From: Macrostomum lignano
Lineage: Eukaryota
Assembly: GCA_002269645.1 (NCBI GenBank)
Contig: NIVC01001008.1
Location: forward strand, 318,491 to 382,490
Reading direction: 5' to 3'
DNA length: 64,000 nucleotides
In this document: positions 39,088-61,600 of the stretch, piece after piece
Layout of the letters: every line of letters starts with the position of its first letter
Numbering within the stretch: position 1 is the first letter of the stretch
The notes under the pieces: model-generated
Seen by the model: the letters and a program-made list of their open reading frames with translations, nothing else
Databases searched by the model: none
Told to the model about the DNA's origin: nothing
Program-made: the position numbers and the translations under genes

Positions 39088-39720
39088 TGGGTTGATGAGT
39101 CATACTCATGGGTTGATGAGTCATACTCATGGGTTGATGAGTCATACTCATGGGTTGATGAGTCATACTCATGGGTTGATAAGTCATACTCATGGGTTGA
39201 TGAGTCATACTCATGGGTTGATGAGTCATACTCATGTGTTGATGAGTCATACTCATGGGTTGATGAGTCATACTCATAGGTTGATGAGTCATACTCATGG
39301 GTTGATGAGTCATACTCATAGGTTGATGAGTCATACTCATGGGTTGATGAGTCATACTCATGGGTTGATGAGTCATACTCATGGGTTGATGAGTCATACT
39401 CATGGGTTGATGAGTCATACTCATGGGTTGATGAGTCATACTCATGGGTTGATGAGTCATACTCATGGGTTGATGAGTCATACTCATGGGTTGATGAGTC
39501 ATACTCATGGGTTGATGAGTCATACTCATGGGTTGATGAGTCATACTCATGGGTTGATGAGTCATACTCATGGGTTGATGAGTCATACTCATGGGTTGAT
39601 GAGTCATACTCATGGGTTGATGAGTCATACTCATGGGTTGATGAGTCATACTCATGGGTTGATGAGTTATGCTCATTGTGTGATGAGTCATACTCATTGT
39701 CACACTCATACTCATTACTC
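39088..39720. repeat. 21-bp minisatellite (GATGAGTCATACTCATGGGTT), ~28 copies
   Basis: Direct tandem repeat; each unit contains ATGAGTCAT. Confidence 0.95.
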
Positions 39721-40094
39721 AAATTTGCTGCTTTAACGTCTCCTGCCCTATCTTGTAATCAAAATATCGAAGGTTTGTGAAAAAATCTTGAATAAGAAAA
39801 TGCAGTGCTTCTACAGGTATAGCAGAAATTTATATGAATTTCTATCGAACTGCCTTTTCTGCTTTGAATAGGCCCCTATTGAGTTTTCATTGATTTCGGA
39901 TAAACTGCTTTGAGGCAGCAATGGGCAGCGCTGCATGCGGTGTATTGATGAGATTTTCCCATGCCCGAGGCGGTAGTTGCTTCATAAGCATGCTCCCTAA
40001 TTTCTTCTCAGCTAGCCTCTGTAACAAACAGCTCTTTAAAAATAAAATGTTATTCTACAAAGTGCGTTTCGATCTTATCACCGATAAACACTCG

Positions 40095-41200
40095 GGGTCC
40101 CTTCTCATTCCCCAAAACGACACTGGGAAGCCTTCTCATTCCCCAAAACGACACTGGGAAGCCATCTCATTCCCCAAAACGACACTGGGAAGCCTTCTCA
40201 TTCCCCAAAACGACACTGGGAAGCCATCTCATTCCCCAACACGACACTGGGAAGAATTCTCATTCCCCAAAACGACACTGGGAAGCCGTCTCATTCCCCA
40301 AAACGACACTGGGAAGCCGTCTCATTCCCCAAAACGACACTGGGAAGCCGTCTCATTCCCCAAAACGACACTGGGAAGCCATCTCATTCCCCAAAACGAC
40401 ACTGGGAAGCCATCTCATTCCCCAAAACGACACTGGGAAGCCATCTCATTCCCCAACACGACACTGGGAAGAATTCTCATTCCCCAAAACGACACTGGGA
40501 AGCCATCTCATTCCCCAACACGACACTGGGAAGCCATCTCATTCCCCAAAACGACACTGGGAAGCCATCTCATTCCCCAAAACGACACTGGGAAGCCGTC
40601 TCATTCCCCAAAACGACACTGGGAAGCCGTCTCATTCCCCAAAACGACACTTGGAAGCCTTCTAATTCCCCAAAACGACACTGGGAAGCCATCTCATTCC
40701 CCAAAACGACACTGGAAGCCGTCTCATTCCCCAAAACGACACTGGGAAGCCGTCTCATTCCCCAAAACGACACTGGGAAGCCGTCTCATTCCCCAAAACG
40801 ACACTGGGAAGCCTTCTCATTCCCCAAAACGACACTGGGAAGCCGTCTTATTCCCCAAAACAACACTGGGAAGCCGTCTCATTCCCCAAAACGACACTGG
40901 GAAGCCTTCTCATTCCCCAAAACGACACTGGGAAGCCATCTCATTCCCCAAAACGACACTGGGAAGCCATCTCATTCCCCAACACGACACTGGGAAGCCA
41001 TCTCATTCCCCAAAACGACACTGGGAAGCCATCTCATTCCCCAACACGACACTGGGAAGCCATCTCATTCCCCAAAACGACACTGGGAAGCCATCTCATT
41101 CCCCAAAACGACACTGGGAAGCCATCTCATTCCCCAACACGACACTGGGAAGAATTCTCATTCCCCAAAACGACACTGGGAAGCCGTCTCATTCCCCAAA
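40095..41200. repeat. 31-bp minisatellite (CATTCCCCAAAACGACACTGGGAAGCCATCT), ~35 copies
   Basis: Direct tandem repeat starting ~30 bp past the SLC6-A stop codon. Confidence 0.95.
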
Positions 41201-41232
41201 AAGCACTCGGACACTTTCATATCCATGACAGC

Positions 41233-52722
<11,490 letters not shown>

Positions 52723-53569
52723 TTTAAATAAATTTTCAATCTTTAATGAACTTCTTCAAGCGGAGTTCCATTATCGTCTGCAGTAGTAAAAAGTAATAAT
52801 TTTAAGCAATAAACTGGCCAAGAGGGGGGTCCCGTCCGACCCCAGCGTTCTCATTCTGTCTAACTTTGCCTCTCTCCGTAAGCTTACTTGTATTCTGCAG
52901 CTGGGGACCGCCCCGTCCTATCTCTCGTCTCCGAGCCTGGCGCACGCGCGAATTATTTATGGACTACTAATGGAGGCTAACAGAGATCTGGATTGGAAAC
53001 TGGTAAAAAAAAGTCCTACTATAATTTCAATTAAACAATTAAACAATCTGTTATAACTATGCAGTCCATATAGTTACACGCTGAAGTCCTTGGCTACTCG
53101 GGGTGTGAGAAGAGAGCGCAGGGGTGGCTGCAGAGACTAAAGCTACAGGTTTGTTTAAAGTCTCTGCTGGCTGGTGTACGAGTTACAACGCTGAGAACAA
53201 TTCAGTCTAACAAAAGGGGGTTGCCCCGACCTGCAGCAGGCTCACGAGAGCGGCCCTTGACTCGCCATGGAGGGAGTTCATTGCTGAGCAATCTTGTGAA
53301 ATATAGAGACAAAATTTAGCGTATGAGATTTTTATTGTTTAGCTTTCATTGCGGTGAATGGATGGAAACCGAAAGACATCGAAGTAGTACAAAGAGAAAC
53401 TAGATTAAAAATTAATATTGCCCTCGTACATGTACATTGCAGGCTAGCGACAATTGGCCAAGAAGTGAAAATAGGAACCAAGGGCGACAGAAAAAAGGTG
53501 GGAGAGAGGCTGAGGAGATGGTGGGAAACAGAGGATGGCAAAAAATGAGAAAGAGTGTGAGAAAGAGAA

Positions 53570-54480
53570 AGGGTGGGAAAGAGTGTGGTAAAGAGTGTGG
53601 TAAAGAGTGTGGTAAAGAGTGTGGTAAAGAGTGTGGTAAAGAGTGTGGTAAAGAGTGTGGTAAAGAGTGTGGTAAAGAGTGTGGTAAAGAGTGTGGTAAA
53701 GAGTGTGATAAAGAGTGTGGTAAAGAGTGTGGTAAAGAGGGTGGTAAAGAGTGTGGTAAAGAGTGTGGTAAAGAGTGTGGTAAAGAGGGTGATAAAGAGT
53801 GTGGTAAAGAGTGTGGTAAAGAGTGTGGTAAAGAGGGTGGTAAAGAGTGTGGTAAAGAGGGTGATAAAGAGTGTGGTAAAGAGTGTGGTAAAGAGGGTGA
53901 TAAAGAGTGTGGTAAAGAGTGTGATAAAGAGTGTGGTAAAGAAGGTGATAAAGAGTGTGGTAAAGAGGGTGATTAAAGAGTGTGGTAAAGAGGGTGATAA
54001 AGAGTGTGGTAAAGAGTGTGGTAAAAAGTGTGGTAAAGAGGGTGATAAAGAGTGTGGTAAAGAGGGTGATAAAGAGTGTGACAAACAGGCGCGGATCCGG
54101 GAATTTCTTGAGGGGGGGCCAAATTTTTTCATACTGCCCCGAGTAGGAACCCACCCAAGGCCCAAGCCCTTTCTTTACTTAGAAGGGGGCCAAAGGCCAA
54201 GAGCAGAATTTTTTTCGAGGCAGCTGAGGGGGGCCATGGCCCCCTTGGCCCCCCCCCCAGGATCCGCCACTGGTGACAAAGAGGGTGATGAAGTGTGGTA
54301 AAGAGTGTGGTAAAGAGGGTAATAAAGAGTGTGGTAAAGAGTGTGACAAAGAGTGTGATAAAGTGTAGTAAAGAGTGTGGTAAAGAGTGTGACAAAGAGT
54401 GTGATAAAGTGTAGTAAAGAGTGTGGTAAAGAGTTCGATAAAGATTGCAGTAAAAAGGGTGGGAAAGAGTGTGGTAGATA
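53570..54480. repeat. 12-bp minisatellite (AAGAGTGTGGTA)n interrupted by a MITE
   Basis: Direct tandem repeat. Confidence 0.95.
54086..54272. mobile_element. hAT-like MITE, 187 bp, perfect 8-bp TSD
   Basis: Ends CAGGCGCGGATCC / (revcomp) CAGTGGCGGATCC; TSD GTGACAAA at 54078-54085 and 54273-54280. Confidence 0.9.
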
Positions 54481-54864
54481 GAGTGTGGTAAATAGGGTGG
54501 TAAAAGGGTGGTAAAGTGTGTGTTAAAAAGGTTGGGAAAGAGAGGATGAGAGTTGGAGAAGGGAAAGATTAGACGTCACTGTCAAATCATTTTTGTAATA
54601 ATGGCACAGGAGAGCTGATTAACTTCAATCTTACTAGTACAAGCTATTTGAAAAGGATCGGAAGAGCTGAACCAGACCTAAACTCAAGATATAAACTTTA
54701 GTAGTCAGCACTGTGTTGATCTTTGATATTTGAACAACTACAATACACTACAGTGTGAGGGGGTGAGAAAGAGGGTAGTAGGATAGAGTGGAGAGGGGAG
54801 GGTGACCAAATACCTGATCGTGGGATTGAGACTTAAAACTATCTCCCTTCACTACACTCCAATA

Positions 54865-55135
54865 TACTCAAATGAACTGGCGCCCACTCAAATGAAACGG
54901 CGGGCCCACTCAAATGAAATGGCGCCCACTCGAATGAAATGGCGCCCGCTCAAATGAAATGGCGCCTACTCAAATGAAATGGCGCCTACTCAAATGCAAT
55001 GGCGCCCACTCAAATTAAATGGCGCCTACTCAAACGAAATGGCGCCTACTCAAATGCAATGGCGCCCACTCAAATGAAATGGCGCCCACTCAAATGAAAT
55101 GGCGCCCACTCAAATGAAATGGCACCCGCTCAAAA
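54865..55135. repeat. 20-bp minisatellite (ACTCAAATGAAATGGCGCCC)
   Basis: Direct tandem repeat. Confidence 0.9.
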
Positions 55136-55712
55136 ATGAAATAGGACCCCAAAGACTTATTGCTCTACTGATATACAGTAGCATGCATGACATGTTTTGC
55201 GGTAAACACACGGACTAGGTCCAATTTATTTGCCATTATAGTCCGTACCCAGTCTTACCGCTTCATACACGCCAAGAGTTGTTGATGCGATGGCAGTAAT
55301 GGCAGGGTAAGCTCTTATTATCTGTATAATGCTGGATTAAGGAATTCTTAGCAAACTTCGATAAAGTTCAAAGCCGTGGCAAAACAGGGCAACAGCTAAA
55401 AAGCCAATAACTTTCAAGTATGCAGCTTAAGCTTAGGCATCCAGATGTGTCTCATTACAAATGCAAAGCTTCAGAGGTCTACTTCGCTTCGAAAGACTAC
55501 GGCAACGTTATTATTGAACGAATTCATTGCACATTCTGCGGGCCGTCTAGGGAGACAGTTTACGCTTGCGTCAATTTTTAGCGGCCAAGGTTGTAAACCT
55601 TAACGATCCCAACGGTGAATTCCAATGGCCGTCTTATTGCCTGGTAAAATACGCTCCTATATTTCAAATGATCTGCTATTCGTAGGCGGCCTTTCTTTAT
55701 AGCTGCCATAAG

Positions 55713-56448
55713 AGGGGAATCAGCACCCGCTAGTGTACAATGCAGAGAGGAATCAGCACCCGCTGGTGTACAATGCAGAGAGGAATCAGCACCCGCTGGT
55801 GTACAATGCAGAGGGAAATCAGCACCCGCTAGTGTACAATGCAGAGAGGAATCAGCACCCGCTGGTGTACAATGCAGAGAGGAATCAGCACCCGCTGGTG
55901 TACAAGGAGAGGGGAAGCAGCACCCGCTAGTGTACAATGCAGAGGAGAATCAGCACCCGCTGGTGTACAATGCAGAGGGGAATCAACACCCGCTGGTGTA
56001 CAATGCAGAGGGGAATCAGCACCCGCTGGTGTACAATGCAGAGGGGAATCAACACCCGCTGGTGTACAATGCAGAGGGGAAGCAGCACCCGCTGGTGCAC
56101 AAGGAGAGGGGAAGCAGCACCCGCTGGTGTACAATGCAGAGGAGAATCAGCACCCACTGGTGTACAAAGCAGAGGGGAATCAGCACCCGCTGGTGTACAA
56201 TGCAGAGGGAATCAACACCCGCTGGTGTACAATGCAGAGGGGAATCAACACCCGCTGGTGTACAAGGAGAGGGAAGCAGCACCCGCTGGTGCACAAGGAG
56301 AGGGGAAGCAGCACCCGCTGGTGTACAAGGAGAGGGGAATCAGCACCCGCTGGTGTACAATGCAGAGGGGAAGCAGCACCGCTGGTGCACAAGGAGAGGG
56401 GAAGCAGCACCCGCTGGTGTACAAGGAGAGGGGAATCAACACCCGCTG
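55713..56448. repeat. 33-bp minisatellite (GTGTACAATGCAGAGAGGAATCAGCACCCGCTG)
   Basis: Direct tandem repeat. Confidence 0.95.
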
Positions 56449-56902
56449 ATTGATAAAAGGGCAGTATCCCACTGAAGTTTAAGGGTTTTTCTACTCATAT
56501 TGAAGAGGAGGCTAAACGCAATATTGTGTCTGCTGCACTATCCTTATCAACCCTCGTTGGACAGATGAAAACCATGGGGAAAATCTTCGAGTGAATGAGG
56601 CTGAGCTGCGAAAATCAAATTCCAATACTCGTAGCAATTGTATAGCCGTCGATAAAGATATGGGAGACCCAGTCTCTATAAGAGTGGAATTGGAAATATT
56701 GGAAATAAATAAGCGTTTACACTCGTATCAATCGCCGAATGGTTCCTATTTGAAGAATTTCGATAAATAAATTGTCGATTCTTTGGACTCCATCCTCAGG
56801 CATTAATCTATTGCTGCACTGCAATGTGAAAACTCATGTAAAACAAAAATGTAAAAATGAAAGCCGCGCCTAAATAATAAATCAGGAACGCCAAACCCTT
56901 TA

Positions 56903-57366
56903 CAGTAGGGATGACATGGGTGTCAGTAGGGCTGACATGGGTGTCAGTAGGGATGACGTGGGTGTCAGTAGGGATGACGTGGGTGTCAGTAGGGTTGACA
57001 TGGGTGTCAGTGGGGCTGACATGGGTGTCAGTAGGGATGACGTGGGTGTCAGTAGGGATGACGTGGGTGTCAGTAGGGATGACGTGGGTGTCAGTAGGGA
57101 TGACGTGGGTGTCAGTAGGGTTGACATGGGTGTCAGTGGGGCTGACATGGGTGTCAGTAGGGATGACGTGGGTGTCAGTAGGGATGACGTGGGTGTCAGT
57201 AGGGTTGACATGGGTGTCAGTAGGGCTGACATGGGTGTCAGTGGGGCTGATATGGGTGTCAGTAGGGCTGATATGGGTGTCAGTAGGGCTGACATGGGTG
57301 TCAGTGGGGATGACATGGGTGTCAGTGGGGATGACATGGGTGTCAGTAGGGCTGATATGGGTGTCA
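56903..57366. repeat. 21-bp minisatellite (TGGGTGTCAGTAGGGATGACG)
   Basis: Direct tandem repeat. Confidence 0.95.
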
Positions 57367-58004
57367 GGAAAGCCGAATAGGATATCCGAATCGCAGGAAC
57401 GCATTTAGGACTTGAAGACATTTCGCCAAAATGAACACCAATGATGTTTTAGAGGCTTAGAGCGCCAAAAAAATGGTTGCCAAGTTTGCCACGAATACCG
57501 GCCCGCCTTTGCTTGTCTTGGGCTTGTTCCAATCCCAAGGAGCTGCGAGGAAAGAATTCAAGAATTAATAAGGAGAGGAAACTGGCGTGCCTTGAGTGCA
57601 GATGCAGATTCCTGTGGAGGGAGACTGGAGGATCAGAGGAATTGGGGGGAGAGAATCCAGCCGGATAGAGAGTATCAGGAATGCGCGACCAGTCTGCACT
57701 GAAGAGAAATGCCATTACCATGCAACACGGCTGCACTTATCCCCCAATGCAATAACGGCTAAGCCGGCCGCACAAGTATCTCTAGGCGGATCAACTGACG
57801 ATACTGCTGTGAAAAGAAACTTCTTTCCGATTCTTGTTGCCTCTCTGGGAGACTTAACCAGCATATACACTCGTACCACGCAGTTTATACGAGTAGTGCG
57901 TGCATGCCATTTTGGCAGGAATTCGCCAAGCAAGAACCCCAGCCTAAGAAAGCCTATCGATTGGCTTTCATAGCGAAGCTACGAGCGTACTATCCTTTGA
58001 GTTC

Positions 58005-58400
58005 TTACCGGCTCCTTATCGGCTCTTAATCAGTTCTTATCGGCTCCTTATCAGTTCTTACCGGCTCCTTATCGGCTCTTAATCAGTTCTTATCGGCTCC
58101 TTATCAGTTCTTACCGGCTCCTTATCGGCTCTTAATCAGTTCTTATCGGCTCCTTATCAGTTCTTACCGGCTCCTTATCAGTTCTTATCGGCTCCTTATC
58201 AGTTCTTACCGGCTCCTTATCAGTTCTTATCGGCTCCTTATCAGTTCTTACCGGCTCCTTATCAGTTCTTATCGGCTCTTTATCAGTTCTTACCGGCTAC
58301 TTATCAGTTCTTATCGGCTCCTTATCAGTTCTTATCGGCTCCTTATCAGTTCCTATCGGCTCCTTATCAGTTCTTATCCGCTCTTTATCAGTCCTTATGG
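58005..58400. repeat. 21-bp minisatellite (TTATCAGTTCTTATCGGCTCC)
   Basis: Direct tandem repeat. Confidence 0.9.
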
Positions 58401-59419
58401 GCTCTTCTTAAAAGGAAAACAATTATCAGTAATAACAAAGTGCTTTTTTTTTCATATTTGTTCGCAACGGATGACGGTATATGCATAATAATAGTAATAA
58501 TATATTTGTAGTTAATAGGCGTTTATAAAACAACAAAATATAGCTTGACCGCATGTGAATTACTATTTTGAAGCACTACAGACGAAGCGCTGCAGGTTCA
58601 TTGTTTTGTTTGCTCGTGTTTGCAAGTTTGAAAAATGTTAAAAAAAGTTGTTTTGTAATAAAACAAAGCAAGATACGCTAGATTTTAATAATAATATACG
58701 CAGTGACCCTTCGTTGCTAGATAGAATAGCAAAAAGCACATGATTACTAATCATATCGATAGTAAAAACAGAAAAACCTGTGCAAAACAAGGTGATAAAA
58801 AGAAACTAAAAGGCAGCAATATCAACTGTAGCCTACATAATTCAATATTGTAAGTCGCACAATGAAGTCGCTTCGAAGACTAAAGATTAGCAATTATTTT
58901 TATTAATAATCAGTATAGAATTAAGGTGCGATTTAGCAAGAAGTACGCATATAATATAAAGTTAGTAAAAGAGAGCTGAGGAAAGTATTGTAAAAATACT
59001 TGTGAAAAAGCAGCCATAAAATTTCATAAGTTATCGGACCCATTGTTCTGCAGTCAAATATGCTCAATTCAAAAAACGTGTTTAAACAAACAGTTAAAAA
59101 CAGACCTAGATTCGAATGATATTCGAAAACCCCGCGTTGTAAGGAACTCAGTTATTTATAATAGTACAAACTAAGCTTCGTTTCAAAGAATCAGTTAAAG
59201 CAGCAGTTTAAAAAGACGAGCACGTTGTAAAATTAAAACAAAAACAACTCGAAGAAAAAACTCGACAGTGCAATAAATAATTAGCAAGCGATCGACAAAG
59301 CAGAGGCATCACAGAAAATCCCTACAGCAATGAAACACTTTCTTCTCTTCTCCCTAAGCCTTACTGAGCTTGAATTTCCGTGTTGCTTTCAGCAAAATCA
59401 ATGGAACCTCTGTGCCTTT

Positions 59420-59762
59420 CAGGGACAGCCGCTACTCTACCTCCGACTCTTCAGGGACAGCCGCTACTCTACCTCCGACTCTTCAGGGACAGCCGCTACT
59501 CTACCTCCGACTCTTCAGGGACAGCCGCTACTCTACCTCCGACTCTTCAGGGACAGCCGCTACTCTACCTCCGACTCTTCAGGGACAGCCGCTACTCTAC
59601 CTCCGACTCTTCAGGGGCAGCCGCTACTCTACCTCCGACTCTTCAGGGACAGCCCCTACTCTACCTCCGACTCTTCAGGGGCAGTCCCTACTCTACCTCA
59701 GACTCTTCAGGGGCAGTCCCTACTCTACCTCAGACTCTTCAGGGGCAGTCCCTACTCTACCT
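59420..59762. repeat. 32-bp minisatellite (GGGACAGCCGCTACTCTACCTCCGACTCTTCA)
   Basis: Direct tandem repeat. Confidence 0.95.
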
Positions 59763-60289
59763 ACTCGTAAGCTACATTGGATAAACTACGATGGAATTTA
59801 TTATGAAGGGAATGCCAGCAGAGATTCAAATTTAAGAGAAACTATTGCAGACGCTGTAAAACTTGCAGAAGACACAAGAAAAAAAGACTAAAACCTTTTA
59901 ACAGTCATTAAGAGCCCCTGTCCACAAAAGCAGCAAAGAATGGCCAGTGCCATCAACAAGAGTTTGCACACATTCTTTCTAAAGCTCACGAGCTAAATAA
60001 GCCAACCCTACCACATTATAGGCAATTCTGTCTGCATTTAATATTTTATGGCATACCTATTCTGCTCAACTTAATTGCTCATTCAAGCTCGTTTATTCGC
60101 GTGCAGACTTCTTACATCAGCGAGTGCTCTGTTCGAAAACGAATCGTATACTTTCGCCAATGACTACAGCGATTCATGTCTGAGTCCAAATAGTCTGTAT
60201 AAAGACTGTCCTTGCCCTATCCAATGCATACAGGAATTCTGTTGGGAGGTCACAACAAGGCCAAATGGAAAAGAATTGTGACTGACCGG

Positions 60290-60650
60290 GGGGAGACAGC
60301 GACTCCCGCTGAAGGACCATGGGGGGAGACAGCGACTCCCGCTGAAGGACCATGGGGGGAGACAGCGACTCCCGCTGAAGGACCATGGGGGGAGACAGCG
60401 ACTCCCGCTGAAGGACCATGGGGGTGACAGCGGCTACCGCTGAAGGACCATGGGGGAGACAGCGACTCCGCTGAAGGACCATGGGGGACAGCGGCTACCG
60501 CTGAAGGACCATGGGGGTGACAGCGGCTCCCGCTGAAGGACCATGGGGGGTGACAGCGGCTACCGCTGAAGGACCATGGGGGAGACAGCGGCTCCCGCTG
60601 AAGGACCATGGGGGGGGAGGCAGCGGCTCCCGCTGAAGGACCATGGGGTG
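60290..60650. repeat. 33-bp minisatellite (GCTGAAGGACCATGGGGGGAGACAGCGACTCCC)
   Basis: Direct tandem repeat. Confidence 0.9.
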
Positions 60651-61600
60651 ACAACGGGGAGACAGGACCAAAAGGTTGAATCAACTAATGCAAATGCAAC
60701 AAATTTTGTAAGTTATTCAAAACTCTGCGAGACCTAGGAGGAGAAGGAGAAGAAAGGGATGGGACAGTAACAAAAAAGACGAAAAAGTGAAATTATACAC
60801 GAGGAACTACGCTGAGAGCCAGACAAATATTGCACTTAGGCATTTATCTGTTTGTTCTTGTTGTCGTTGTTTACGTATTAATACAATAATTTAATAGAAA
60901 AATACAAATATAACAAACAAAACACACAATATCAAACAGACAGGCCGGTTACTACTTTGCAGCTAGCTATGAACTACTAGAGTGAAAAAAACAACAAATA
61001 ATTATAGTAAAAAAGCGTGCGAGAATGGTAGTCTGCAGTACTGTACAAGCATGATCAGATTATAGCAACAAGACAGAAGGATTAAATTTAAAAAGTTAAT
61101 TTATGCCAACCTTCTTTCTCCAGCAGCTAGTAAATTTAATCGCTATTTATTAATTGTTGTATCCTTTCTGTCCCTAAATCTGATGTCTCTCGGTGTCAGT
61201 TACATGATGAAGGCAGACAGATGGAGAGGGTGTTGTATAAAGAGTTGCAGCAGCAGGGAACGAAGGGGAAGAGGGAGATTGCAATCTTTTTGAAGGTATT
61301 TTTTAACAATAATAATAATAATAACAACAATAAGCAATTAACAAAATGAAAAGGATCAGAGCTAGATCCGATGCAGATGAGGTAGCGACAGAGAGAGACA
61401 GGCTCATTCTCACCAAAACAAAGACACAATAATGCAAAAGTGATTTGAGGAGTAGGGGGTGACGGTGAGGCCTACTTTGAAAAGACGAACAGCTAAGCGA
61501 ATAGGGAATGAGAGTTAGCGAAATTACTGCGAGAGAGAATTAGAGAGATTTGAGTAGGCAGAGAGAGACACAGCGGGGCTTCGAGTAATGCGATGCTAAA

